Positions 54,904 to 64,000 of a DNA stretch of 64,000 nucleotides are shown here, in pieces (within the stretch, counting starts at the first letter, position 1; every line of letters starts with the position of its first letter). The DNA comes from an uncultured Nitrosomonas sp. GTDB taxonomy: Bacteria > Pseudomonadota > Gammaproteobacteria > Burkholderiales > Nitrosomonadaceae. A program made the position numbers and the translations under genes. The notes under the pieces are model-generated. The model did no database searches, was not told the DNA's origin, and saw nothing but the letters and a program-made list of their open reading frames with translations. The stretch lies in contig NZ_CADEGP010000001.1 of NCBI RefSeq assembly GCF_902826915.1, positions 2,775 through 66,774 on the forward strand, given 5' to 3'.

Positions 54904-56211
54904 GTGTCTGATATCTGGCGGCGTTCATCAAACATTCTTTTTCTTATCTTTGTTACAGCGTTACTATGGATGATCTTTGGTGCTGTGAAGGCGCTGATTT
55001 TCTTCAGTGTAGTCATGCTGTGGGTCGTATTTCATCATATTCGTCACTTGGTCTTACTCGAGCGTTGGTTACAGCTTTCTGATCATTCTCCCGCGAGCAT
55101 CCCCGCGGGTTCTGGAGCTTGGGATGATGTGTATGCACATTTGGCGCGCTACGTACGTGGGCATAGTCAGAGCCAGGAAAGGCTGAGTATTGCCTTAAAG
55201 CGTATGCAAAGTGTCACCTCTGCAATGCCCGATGGTATTGTTATTCTCGATATGAGTGATCGCATTGAATGGTGTAACACAGTTGCGGAAAAACACCTAG
55301 GCATCAATCTAGCATTGGATGTCGGTCAGCAGATTACCTATCTGGTGAGGCAGGTACCATTTGTTGAATATCTGGCCGCACGCCAATATACTAATCCATT
55401 GATTCTAAATCAGATACGATTGTATGGTTTGATTGTTTCTTTGCAGTTGGTGCCTTATGGTTATAACCAGAAGCTTTTGATCAGTCGCGATATTACGCGT
55501 TTTGAGAAAATAGAAACGATGCGGCGCGATTTTATTGCTAATGTCTCGCATGAATTGCGCACACCGCTTACTGTTATCAGTGGTTTTCTTGAAACACTAT
55601 CCGCTGATGATAATGTTAATAGCGGTTTCAATAAGCGTGCCTTGGTATTAATGACAGAGCAGACAACTCGCATGCAGCGGTTAATTGAAGATTTGCTGAT
55701 TTTGTCACGTCTTGAAAATGAGCAGAATAAGATAAGCGAAAAAACAGTGAATGTGGTTAGCTTGGCGCAAGATCTTTTGCAGGATGCGGAGTCCCTGAGT
55801 ACAGGCCGACATCAAATAAAATTAACTATTGCTTCGCAAGATCAGCTCTTAGGAAGCGAAGAAGAGTTACGCAGTGCTTTTGGCAACTTGATCAGTAATG
55901 CGATTCGTTATACCCCAGATGGGGGCGAAATAAATATTAGTTGGGAAAAGCACCATGATCAAGGATTGTTTGTTGTACAAGATAGTGGAATCGGGATTGA
56001 GCTCGAGCACATTCCGCGCTTGACAGAGCGTTTTTATCGTATTGATAGCAGCCGTTCGAGAGAAACTGGCGGTACAGGACTTGGCTTGGCAATTGTCAAA
56101 CATGTTTTGAACCGGCATGAAGCGCGTCTTGAAATTACCAGTCAAGTAGGTAAGGGGAGTCGATTTAATATCTGGTTTCCGGCTAAACGTTTAATTCCGG
56201 GAAATGCTTGA
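54904..56211 (+). CDS. phoR: Phosphate regulon sensor histidine kinase PhoR
   Basis: 435 aa with a GTG start. It has an N-terminal membrane segment, a PAS-like region, an H-box (FIANVSHELRTPLT) and an HATPase domain (GTGLGLAIV). Confidence 0.85.
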   Translation: MSDIWRRSSNILFLIFVTALLWMIFGAVKALIFFSVVMLWVVFHHIRHLVLLERWLQLSDHSPASIPAGSGAWDDVYAHLARYVRGHSQSQERLSIALKRMQSVTSAMPDGIVILDMSDRIEWCNTVAEKHLGINLALDVGQQITYLVRQVPFVEYLAARQYTNPLILNQIRLYGLIVSLQLVPYGYNQKLLISRDITRFEKIETMRRDFIANVSHELRTPLTVISGFLETLSADDNVNSGFNKRALVLMTEQTTRMQRLIEDLLILSRLENEQNKISEKTVNVVSLAQDLLQDAESLSTGRHQIKLTIASQDQLLGSEEELRSAFGNLISNAIRYTPDGGEINISWEKHHDQGLFVVQDSGIGIELEHIPRLTERFYRIDSSRSRETGGTGLGLAIVKHVLNRHEARLEITSQVGKGSRFNIWFPAKRLIPGNA

Positions 56212-56298
56212 CATATGGTGGGTGCGCGGGAACTTAATAGTAAGTGCGATTGCTGGCGACGAATAGTCGGGCTGAAGGATTTTAGATAGGTTGCCGGA

Positions 56299-56331
56299 CA
56301 AAAAAACAGCCATCGGTTGTCCGGTGGCTGT
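56299..56331 (-). terminator. Rho-independent terminator for the minus-strand gene 56377..56766
   Basis: On the minus strand, ACAGCCA-N12-TGGCTGT is followed by TTTTTTT. Confidence 0.7.
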
Positions 56332-56376
56332 CAGCTCTCTGTTGGATCCTTTGCAGATCCTTGCGTTGCTACTAAA

Positions 56377-56766
56377 TTATCTGATTGCCGATGTACTTGG
56401 ATCAAGATCAACACGGGCTTTCTTGATTGCTGAATTATCAAGATCCATTGTTATTTTTTTATGTAGATCCGCACTATTCAGACTTTCTGTCAACACTTCC
56501 TCGTATTCACGAATATTGGCTGCTGTATGTGATTTGAATTCTTGCCCTTGTCTACCATAGTAATAAGGATGTGTTTCGTACTCTTCGAGTGCGGCTTTAT
56601 TTTTTTGTAATTTTGCTTCGGTTTCCTTGGCAACATTTTCATAATATTGTGTCAATGCGGCATGATTGTTGTCATCAATACCTTCTACTTCTACCGCCAA
56701 TACTGGTAATACTATTAGGCTAAATGTCAAAACAGAAATTAATGTTAAGAATTTTTGTGCTTTCAT
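56377..56766 (-). CDS. Secreted hypothetical protein (coiled-coil-like, Y/E/K rich)
   Basis: Starts at MKAQKFL after an AGGAG RBS. It has a signal peptide (LIVLPVLA/VE). No recognisable motif. Confidence 0.55.
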   Translation of the reverse strand: MKAQKFLTLISVLTFSLIVLPVLAVEVEGIDDNNHAALTQYYENVAKETEAKLQKNKAALEEYETHPYYYGRQGQEFKSHTAANIREYEEVLTESLNSADLHKKITMDLDNSAIKKARVDLDPSTSAIR

Positions 56767-56865
56767 GATCAGCTCCTGGAGTGGTAGATTGATGGCTGTC
56801 ATAATAGCGGTACTTAATGCAACGAGTATATTGGGGTAACCCTGGTTTTTATCTAATGGTTTCCA

Positions 56866-57708
56866 TTAGATGTTATGCTTTTTATTTTTATTATGTTTTC
56901 GTGAGTTTGTACTGGGTTGAGTATTGTTGGTTTGGTGTCGTGACCAAACAATTGCTGCGATTCCTGCCAAAATCATTGGAATCGATAGCCATTGTCCCAT
57001 CGTCACCCCTAAAGTTAGTACGCCCATGAAGCCATCTTCCGGTTCGCGAAAGAATTCTGCGAACGAACGTAAAACACCGTAGCCAATCATAAATGCACCC
57101 GTAACCGCACCTGTTGCGCGAGGTTTGGTTGAGTAAATCCAGATGAAAATGAACAGTACTAAACCTTCAAGCGCAAATTGATACAATTGGGAAGGATGAC
57201 GAGGGAGCTCGTCAACATATGGAAAAACCATACCCCATGGGACGTCAGTGGGGCGTCCCCATAATTCACCGTTGATGAAATTGCCAATGCGGCCTGCTGC
57301 TAATCCTGGTGGAATTAGTGGGATGACAAAATCGGTTACTGCTAGCCATGGTAATTTATATTTGCGGGCGAGCAATATCATCGCGACGAAGACGCCAAGA
57401 AATCCACCATGAAAAGACATGCCGCCTTCCCAAATAGCGAAAATATGTAGCGGATGTTCCAGATAATAGCCGAATTGATAGAACAATACGTGCCCTAGTC
57501 GTCCGCCCACAACGACACCAAGCATACCGTAAAATAGGGCGTCATCGAGCATCTCATAGGTGAAGGTGGCGTGCGGATTGTGTTTGATGCGATACCTCCC
57601 GAGCAAAATGAACGCCACAAAACCAAGCAAGTACATCAATCCATACCAATGTACAGAAAGCGGTCCTAGTGAGATGGCAACGGGATCAATTTGCGGGTGA
57701 ACGAGCAT
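56866..57708 (-). CDS. lgt: Prolipoprotein diacylglyceryl transferase
   Basis: 280 aa and polytopic, with Lgt motifs ([29 protein letters not shown]). Confidence 0.9.
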   Translation of the reverse strand: MLVHPQIDPVAISLGPLSVHWYGLMYLLGFVAFILLGRYRIKHNPHATFTYEMLDDALFYGMLGVVVGGRLGHVLFYQFGYYLEHPLHIFAIWEGGMSFHGGFLGVFVAMILLARKYKLPWLAVTDFVIPLIPPGLAAGRIGNFINGELWGRPTDVPWGMVFPYVDELPRHPSQLYQFALEGLVLFIFIWIYSTKPRATGAVTGAFMIGYGVLRSFAEFFREPEDGFMGVLTLGVTMGQWLSIPMILAGIAAIVWSRHQTNNTQPSTNSRKHNKNKKHNI

Positions 57709-57807
57709 AGTTTCGGCCTTATTTGCGGTAAAATATCAAGCATTATACCAATTGCACTGGTATACGCTGTGTTATACATTGTATTTTTATCTTATTCAGG
57801 AGCAAGC

Positions 57808-59481
57808 ATGCCAGATAATAAACGTAGTCAGGCTATTACTCAGGGTACGCAACACGCACCCAGTCGTGCCATGTTGCGTGCGGTCGGTTTTAACGATGAG
57901 GATTTTAATAAACCGATTGTGGGTATTGCCAATGGCTATTCCACGATTACGCCATGTAATAAAGGGCTGAATGAACTGTCACTACAAACCGAAGCGGCAT
58001 TAAAACGGGCAGGCGCTATGCCGCAGATGTTTGGCACTATCACGGTTTCGGACGGAATCTCGATGGGTACGGAAGGCATGAAGTATTCTCTGATTTCGCG
58101 CGAAGTGATTGCCGATTCGATTGAAACCTGCGTGCAGGCGGAAAGTATGGATGGTGTGATTACTATCGGTGGTTGCGATAAAAACATGCCGGGCGCGATG
58201 ATCGCAATTGCGCGCATGAATGTGCCGGCAATTTTTGTCTATGGTGGTACGATAAAGCCCGGGCATTATAAAAATCAGGATCTGACCATTGTTAGCGTAT
58301 TTGAAGCGGTGGGGCAGCACAGCGCGCATAAAATTGATGATGAAGAGTTGCTGCAGATTGAGCGTCATGCTTGCCCAGGCGCTGGTTCTTGCGGCGGCAT
58401 GTTTACCGCCAATACGATGTCATCCGCGTTTGAAGCGATGGGTATGAGTTTGCCATATTCTTCTACAATGTCGGCTGAAGACGATGACAAATTGGTCAGT
58501 GCTGGACAATCCGCTGAAGTATTGGTTAATGCCATCAAAAAACAAATCCTGCCGCGTGACATCATTACGCGTAAATCAATAGAGAACGCTGTTGCAGTAA
58601 TTATGGCAGTAGGCGGATCGACTAATGCCATACTGCATTTTTTAGCGATTGCGCACGCGGCTGAAGTCGAATGGAGTATTGATGATTTTGAGCGGATGCG
58701 CGGTAGAGTGCCGGTGTTATGCGACCTGAAGCCCTCTGGGTGCTATGTGACCGCCGATCTGCACCAGGCGGGCGGAATTCCACAAGTGATGAAAATGTTG
58801 CTGGATCATGAGCTGTTACACGGAGATTGCATCACGGTCAGTGGGCAGACCATTGCAGAAGTGTTGCAAGCAGTTCCAGGCACGCCACGCGCCGATCAGA
58901 ATGTGATCCGTCAATGGGACAATCCGATGTATGCACAAGGGCATCTCGCTATTTTGAAAGGTAATTTGTCTACTGAAGGGTGCGTCGCGAAAATTTCCGG
59001 AATTAAAAATCCGAAAATTACTGGCCCTGCACGCGTATTTGAGTCGGAGGAAGCTTGCATGGCAGCAATTCTGGCACGCAAAATTCAACCTGGCGATGTG
59101 GTGGTGATTCGTTATGAAGGACCTAAAGGTGGCCCAGGAATGCGCGAAATGCTGTCTCCTACTTCCGCCTTGATCGGTGAGGGTTTGGGTGATTCCGTCG
59201 GATTGATTACCGATGGGCGTTTTTCCGGCGGTACTTACGGTATGGTGGTCGGACACGTGGCGCCAGAAGCTTTTGTCGGTGGGACTATTGCGCTGGTGAA
59301 GGAAGGAGATTCGATCACCATTGATGCCGAACAGAGACTGCTGCAATTGAACGTATCTGATGATGAGCTTGTGCAGCGCCGCGGATCTTGGCAACCACCG
59401 CAACCGCTTTATTCGCGCGGGGTGCTGGCCAAATATGCCAAGCTGGTGTCTAGTGCCAGCACAGGTGCGATAACAGATTAG
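57808..59481 (+). CDS. ilvD: Dihydroxy-acid dehydratase
   Basis: Starts at [13 protein letters not shown]. It shows IlvD/Edd family motifs ([19 protein letters not shown] variant [11 protein letters not shown]). The upstream ORF-track extension overlaps lgt and is rejected. Confidence 0.95.
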   Translation: MPDNKRSQAITQGTQHAPSRAMLRAVGFNDEDFNKPIVGIANGYSTITPCNKGLNELSLQTEAALKRAGAMPQMFGTITVSDGISMGTEGMKYSLISREVIADSIETCVQAESMDGVITIGGCDKNMPGAMIAIARMNVPAIFVYGGTIKPGHYKNQDLTIVSVFEAVGQHSAHKIDDEELLQIERHACPGAGSCGGMFTANTMSSAFEAMGMSLPYSSTMSAEDDDKLVSAGQSAEVLVNAIKKQILPRDIITRKSIENAVAVIMAVGGSTNAILHFLAIAHAAEVEWSIDDFERMRGRVPVLCDLKPSGCYVTADLHQAGGIPQVMKMLLDHELLHGDCITVSGQTIAEVLQAVPGTPRADQNVIRQWDNPMYAQGHLAILKGNLSTEGCVAKISGIKNPKITGPARVFESEEACMAAILARKIQPGDVVVIRYEGPKGGPGMREMLSPTSALIGEGLGDSVGLITDGRFSGGTYGMVVGHVAPEAFVGGTIALVKEGDSITIDAEQRLLQLNVSDDELVQRRGSWQPPQPLYSRGVLAKYAKLVSSASTGAITD

Positions 59482-59719
59482 TTCTTTGTATTGCCGATAA
59501 TTTTGTTCAAAAGTATAGAACTGTGCTGGAACTAAACAATTTACTCTGAAGTCTCAGCAAAGCAGTATCATCAGAGTTTGTAGTTGGAGTGGTAAGTGCG
59601 TGAGAGAATATAGCAACAGGTGGAATATTAAAAATCACAAACTTACAGGAATTGCTGCAAGTCTGTAAAGTTCGGGTTAGAATATCAACCCATTTATAAT
59701 TTTATAATAAGGAAGATAT

Positions 59720-60031
59720 ATGAAAAAAGTATTAATTGGAGCAGTAGCTGCGTCTGCCTTTTTCTTAGCTGGTGTTGCGCAAGCAGATGCCGATCTGGCA
59801 AAAAACAGTGGTTGTTTGAATTGCCATAATGTTGATACTAAGCTAGTTGGTCCAAGCCTGAAAGATATTAGCGCTAAATATGCAGGTCAGGATGGTGCGG
59901 CTGAAATGCTGGCAGAAAAAATCCTAAAAGGAAGTAATGGTGTCTGGGGTCCAATTCCAATGCCACCTAATGCTAACGTTAGTCCAGAAAATGCTAAAGT
60001 ATTAGCTGATTTTATCCTGACACTGAAGTAA
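59720..60031 (+). CDS. Class I cytochrome c, c-551/c-552 type (close to Nitrosomonas cytochrome c-552)
   Basis: 103 aa with a signal peptide, the heme motif CLNCH and a distal Met in PMPPN. It resembles N. europaea c-552 as I recall that sequence. Confidence 0.85.
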   Translation: MKKVLIGAVAASAFFLAGVAQADADLAKNSGCLNCHNVDTKLVGPSLKDISAKYAGQDGAAEMLAEKILKGSNGVWGPIPMPPNANVSPENAKVLADFILTLK

Positions 60032-60050
60032 TAAGTATTCAGAATTCAGA

Positions 60051-60085
60051 AAAGCCGATGCCTAACAGCATCGGCTTTTTGTTTG
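60051..60085 (+). terminator. Rho-independent terminator after the cytochrome c gene
   Basis: GCCGATGC-CTAACA-GCATCGGC followed by TTTTTGTTTG. Confidence 0.85.
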
Positions 60086-60117
60086 CATAAAATTTTTATT
60101 ATTGTAGTGGAGTAAAG

Positions 60118-60534
60118 ATGAAAACTCGTATTAAATGGAAAGGCAACGTCAGTTTCCTCGCTGAATCCGCTAGCGGTCATTCGATATTAATGGATGGTGC
60201 ACCTGAAGCAGGGGGGCAGAATAAGGGGCCACGCCCAATGGAAATGCTGTTGATGGGGTTAGGTGGTTGCACTACATTTGATGTAGTGCTAATTTTGAAA
60301 AAAAGTCGTCAGGATATTACCGATTGCGAAGTGGAAATTGAAGCCGAGCGTGCACCTGTTGACCCAAAGGTATTTACTCATATCCATTTGCATTTCATTA
60401 TTACGGGTCGCAATTTGAATTCACAACAAGTTGAGCGGGCTATTAATTTATCATCTGAGAAATATTGCTCGGCTTCCATCATGCTCAAGCAAACTGTTAA
60501 AATAACGCATGATTTCAAGATTATTGATGCCTAG
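60118..60534 (+). CDS. OsmC-family protein
   Basis: 138 aa with typical OsmC/Ohr fold motifs (GPRPMEMLLMGLGGCT, EKYCSAS). Confidence 0.8.
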   Translation: MKTRIKWKGNVSFLAESASGHSILMDGAPEAGGQNKGPRPMEMLLMGLGGCTTFDVVLILKKSRQDITDCEVEIEAERAPVDPKVFTHIHLHFIITGRNLNSQQVERAINLSSEKYCSASIMLKQTVKITHDFKIIDA

Positions 60535-60566
60535 TTATAACGAGAGCCTACTCAGAAATTCAGCGA

Positions 60567-61960
60567 TCAGTTATACGCAGTCAAGCAAAAATTCTGGTTT
60601 GAGATGAATTGGTGGACACGTGTAAACCCAATTTTTCTGAGCATGTTCTTTTTTGTCGCACAAAATGCCATTTTGGCAGCAAGATTTTTTAGACAAATAG
60701 AAACCCGCACCCAAATAAGCAGGTTTATGACCAGGAAGATGCTGTTAATCCATGCGGCAGAGGTATCAGCGCGCCTGGCCCGAATATTGTTGAGTCGATA
60801 TCCATACTTTCCTTGACCAAACTGTCCTTCAATTGGAATGTGCTCGCGATATTCCTGTCGACGTTGTGCTTTCAGGCGCATCAATTCATCTTTGTTTTCA
60901 GGTGTAATCTTTGGTGGACGCCCCAGTGGTATGCCTGAAAAGCGTATATGATTGCGTCCAGATAGCTACCTACGATTATCACGGGAACCATGTTGCGCGT
61001 CCCAGTGCAGTTTGTCGATATGCGCTAGCTCTTTGCCAGTTAGATTCACGCTTATTTTGGTGCCAAATTCAACTGCCTTGCCTTGCTTTCCCCTGATAAT
61101 GGGCCGAAGATACGGCTGACTGATACTGACAATGCGACCATCGCAGCATCTGGTGTTTTGGTTTTGTACATCGCATGTTGTTGTCGGTATAGAGGGGGCA
61201 ATACCCAGTAGCGGCGTAACAACCCATTGGGTAACGGCATGGTTGTGCCAAGCAGATACTCCGTCAGCATTTCTTCAATATGTTTTAAATTCCGCTGCAA
61301 GAACTGCAATTGCTGTCTGATACCGGCGCGGCGTTTTTTGTTGCATGCCCGTCTCAGCTTGACCAAACTGAGGTAGGCTTTCCTGGCGACCTCGCGATAA
61401 GTGCGCGGCTTCTTTTTCTGTGGACGATTACTTTTGGTATGCAGTTCATCAATGATACGCTCACTTAATTCACGCGCTTCGTTCAGCAGGCCAAGATCTG
61501 TCGGATAGCGTATGGCCTGTTCTGCAATGGTGGCATCCAGTATTAATTTGCCGTGATTCCGAGGTAGTTCATCTGCCAAAGATTGATCTGTCACCAATGC
61601 GGTGGCAGCATCACTGCTGCCCACATCACCGCTATTTGATACATTATTGTCGTCGTTGTCATGATCAATTGCCTTGACTGATTTCTTTGTCCTTCCAGGT
61701 TCAACAGTCTCTTCATCTGGAATCGATAATTTATGTTTAATAATCACCGCTCCGATCACAATTCTGGCATCTTTGGCTGGTGGGCGGCCCAGATTTGAGC
61801 ATAACGTCTTATAGTAGCTCTTGGACAACTCATCCCACGGTAGCTAATCTCTCAGCTTTACCCAGCGATTATTGGGATCAAGGATCATGCCCGGCGGTGT
61901 ATCAAATCCTTCGAGGGGCAGTTTTTTGGCTGATATAGTGAATCATGGTGCACGGCTCTT
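60567..61960 (-). mobile_element. Degraded IS5-type (DDE) insertion sequence; the transposase is split by frameshifts and an in-frame stop
   Basis: Three minus-strand transposase fragments are visible. The N-terminal piece reads ..KKLPLEGFDTPPGMILDPNNRWVKLRD*LPWDEL.. with an internal TAG. The middle ORF (61052..61828) has DATIAEQAIRYPTDLGLLNEARE. The C-terminal ORF (60567..60884) has EGQFGQGKYGYRLNNIRARRADTSAAWI. I could not define convincing terminal inverted repeats. Confidence 0.7.
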
Positions 61961-62084
61961 GGTGTTGATTCACATATTTACGTGCACTATTTTACCAAAT
62001 AAATACACTATTATTGATTTTAATCAAATATTTATACCTTTTGAGTGAGCTCTAAATAATAGGTTGCGCTGGAGATTAATACTG

Positions 62085-63029
62085 TCATAGTAATCCGGAT
62101 TCATGTGCTTGCTGGTCGGCATGATAGCTGGAACGTACCATTGGCCCACAGGCGGCATGACTAAATCCCATTGCAAGTGCCGCATGCTCAAATGTTTTGA
62201 ATCCTTCGGGTGTAACGTAGCGCATGACCGGTAAATGACCGATGCTGGGTTGTAAATATTGACCAATGGTCAGCATTTCCACATTGTGTCTGCGCAAATC
62301 GTGTAATACCTCCATGATTTCCTCATCTGTTTCTCCTAGACCCAGCATTAGACCTGACTTGGTCGGGATGTGAGGAAAATCCGCTTTAAAATCCTTTAGT
62401 AATTTTAATGAATTGGCATAATCAGCGCCGGGCCGGCACTGCTTATATAATCTGGGCACGGTTTCAAGGTTATGGTTTAAAACATCCGGTGGGCAAGCCG
62501 TGAGTTTTTCCAGAGCAATTTCCAGGCGACCTCTAAAATCAGGAACCAAGGTTTCAATCTTGGTACTAGGTGAGTGAGTACGTATTTCACGGATACAATC
62601 GACGAAGTGTTGTGCGCCACCGTCGCGTAAATCGTCACGATCTACACTGGTGATCACTACATATTTCAATCGCATCGCAGCTATCGATTGCGCCAGATGT
62701 AACGGCTCACCGACATCCGGAGGCTTGGGTCTGCCGTGCGCAACATCACAGAAAGGGCAGCGGCGCGTACATAGATCGCCTAGAATCATAAAAGTTGCCG
62801 TTCCTTTTCCAAAGCATTCGCCAATATTAGGGCACGATGCTTCTTCACAGACCGTATGAAGCTTATGTTCACGCAACAGCCGCTTAACTTCGTAATAGTT
62901 CTCACTGTTGGACGAGCGAACGCGAATCCACGAGGGTTTACGCAACAGATCATTGCGTGATTGCGGTGCTATTTTGACGGGATTGCGCGCGGTTTTGTCA
63001 GCGCCTTTCTGCCGGGTGTCAGTGGTCAT
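62085..63029 (-). CDS. lipA: Lipoyl synthase
   Basis: 314 aa with the radical-SAM CxxxCxxC motif (CTRRCPFC) and the N-terminal auxiliary cluster motif ([12 protein letters not shown]). Confidence 0.95.
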   Translation of the reverse strand: MTTDTRQKGADKTARNPVKIAPQSRNDLLRKPSWIRVRSSNSENYYEVKRLLREHKLHTVCEEASCPNIGECFGKGTATFMILGDLCTRRCPFCDVAHGRPKPPDVGEPLHLAQSIAAMRLKYVVITSVDRDDLRDGGAQHFVDCIREIRTHSPSTKIETLVPDFRGRLEIALEKLTACPPDVLNHNLETVPRLYKQCRPGADYANSLKLLKDFKADFPHIPTKSGLMLGLGETDEEIMEVLHDLRRHNVEMLTIGQYLQPSIGHLPVMRYVTPEGFKTFEHAALAMGFSHAACGPMVRSSYHADQQAHESGLL

Positions 63030-63042
63030 AATGATAAATTGA

Positions 63043-63648
63043 TTATCCTTTGATAAGTTTTGCTTGTATTTGATTTGCGAGTTTGCTGCTTAATATTTCC
63101 AGGTTATCGGTAATGCCCAGATCTTCGGTTTGCGTGACTTGTAAGCCTTGATAGCCGCAGGGATTAATATAAGAGAATGGAGTCAGATCCATACTTACAT
63201 TCAAAGCAATACCGTGATAACAGAAGTTTTTCTTGATTTTGAGTCCCAATGAGGCGATTTTAGCATTGTCAACGTACACGCCTGGCGCCTCAATTCGTCC
63301 TGTCGCATTAATATGGTAATCTTTCAATAAGTCGATCACAGCGTTTTCCATGTTTCTGACCAGTTCGCGCACACCGAGTTTTAACCGGCGAATATCCAGC
63401 AATAAGTAAGCAATAATTTGTCCAGGTCCATGATAGGTGATCTGGCCGCCGCGATCTGATTTAATTACATCAATCCCGTGATTGTTTAATAGATGCTCAT
63501 CCTTTCCTGCAATGCCTTGAGTAAATGTAGGTGGGTGTTGTAGCAACCAAATTTCGTCACAAGTTTCAGTGGTTCGTGCAGCAGTAAAATCCTTCATGGC
63601 TTGCCAGGTCGGTTGATAATCGGATAATCCTAAGGTCCTGACGATCAA
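63043..63648 (-). CDS. lipB: Octanoyltransferase
   Basis: 201 aa with LipB motifs ([18 protein letters not shown]). It is adjacent to lipA. Confidence 0.9.
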   Translation of the reverse strand: MIVRTLGLSDYQPTWQAMKDFTAARTTETCDEIWLLQHPPTFTQGIAGKDEHLLNNHGIDVIKSDRGGQITYHGPGQIIAYLLLDIRRLKLGVRELVRNMENAVIDLLKDYHINATGRIEAPGVYVDNAKIASLGLKIKKNFCYHGIALNVSMDLTPFSYINPCGYQGLQVTQTEDLGITDNLEILSSKLANQIQAKLIKG

Positions 63649-63704
63649 GTGTTGTTACTCGTGGATGGAAGATGAATGCTGGAATGCTGGTGTCGCATGA
63701 GTAG

Positions 63705-63971
63705 TCATAATACCACTGAGATCATGGAATGTTCGGATAATGCCTGATATAAAGCGTCGAGTTGAGTTCGGGAAGTGGCGCGAATGGTGCAGGTGAGGCT
63801 TAAATAGGTGCCATTTCTGCTAGCCTTGACCGCCGTAGTGGAGATATCGAAATCCGGAGCATGGTATTTAACAATAGCCAGTGTTGTTTGAGTAAAATCC
63901 TGATGCGCCTTACCCATAATCTTGATTGGAAAATCACAAGGATATTCAATTAATGAAGCTTGTTCTGTCAT
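63705..63971 (-). CDS. ybeD: DUF493 protein (YbeD-like)
   Basis: 88 aa with the YPCDFPIKIMG motif, in the conserved position upstream of lipB. Confidence 0.75.
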   Translation of the reverse strand: MTEQASLIEYPCDFPIKIMGKAHQDFTQTTLAIVKYHAPDFDISTTAVKASRNGTYLSLTCTIRATSRTQLDALYQALSEHSMISVVL

Positions 63972-64000
63972 AATTGCAAATCGAAAATAGCTTAAATTTA

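Noticed and set aside
57691-57807. An upstream extension of ilvD overlapping the lgt start. Similar extensions occur for gltA (29517), the third SLC13 gene (35830), phoB (53988), smbP (40018), and 51991 for the small-protein paralogue.
   Set aside because: In each case an internal ATG with a better-placed Shine-Dalgarno sequence matches the conserved N-terminus or signal peptide of the family.
1-64000. Searched by eye for CRISPR-like regularly spaced direct repeats, rRNA, tRNA, tmRNA and prophage or integrase genes.
   Set aside because: None were seen. The only repeats are the 20-nt motif, the MITE-like fragments, the 7-bp microsatellite and the segmental duplication. A proper tRNAscan, Infernal or CRISPR-finder run would be needed to exclude small RNA genes definitively.

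Overview
This is a chromosomal segment from an AT-rich betaproteobacterial ammonia oxidiser. I call it Nitrosomonas-like from memory, because 40057..40401 resembles the histidine-rich small metal-binding protein SmbP and 59720..60031 resembles Nitrosomonas cytochrome c-552. About 57 protein genes can be supported. Most are housekeeping: nrdAB, fumC, tamAB, htrA-like, trxC, cbpAM, sdhB-sdhE-gltA-sucAB, hemH, hrcA, nadK, recN, ubiE, phoBR, lgt, ilvD, lipAB. I found no rRNA, tRNA or CRISPR array. The only mobile DNA is one decayed IS5-type transposase (about 60567..61960) and a few MITE-like repeat fragments.

The most interesting signals, none explained by standard annotation:
1. A 20-nt near-palindromic motif, TGCGRCAATTTGYCRCATTG, occurs six times. 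Every copy is intergenic, and five of the six point at a gene start 165-424 nt downstream.
2. Several of the genes it points at encode secreted proteins whose predicted signal-peptidase cleavage would leave histidine as residue 1. These are a three-member family of ~125-aa proteins and a YcnI/DUF1775-like protein. Neighbouring genes encode a TlpA-like thioredoxin, a BNR propeller and a periplasmic HEAT-repeat protein. I read this as a candidate undescribed periplasmic metal (probably copper) handling regulon. This is inference only.
3. A tandem segmental duplication of the HEAT-repeat gene plus small-protein gene, in which the second HEAT copy has decayed.
4. A lone 407-aa ORF with a PD-(D/E)xK (NERD/Shedu-like) nuclease motif, wedged between nrdB and fumC and followed by a GC-rich structured element.

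All functional calls come from reading motifs by eye. No database search was possible.
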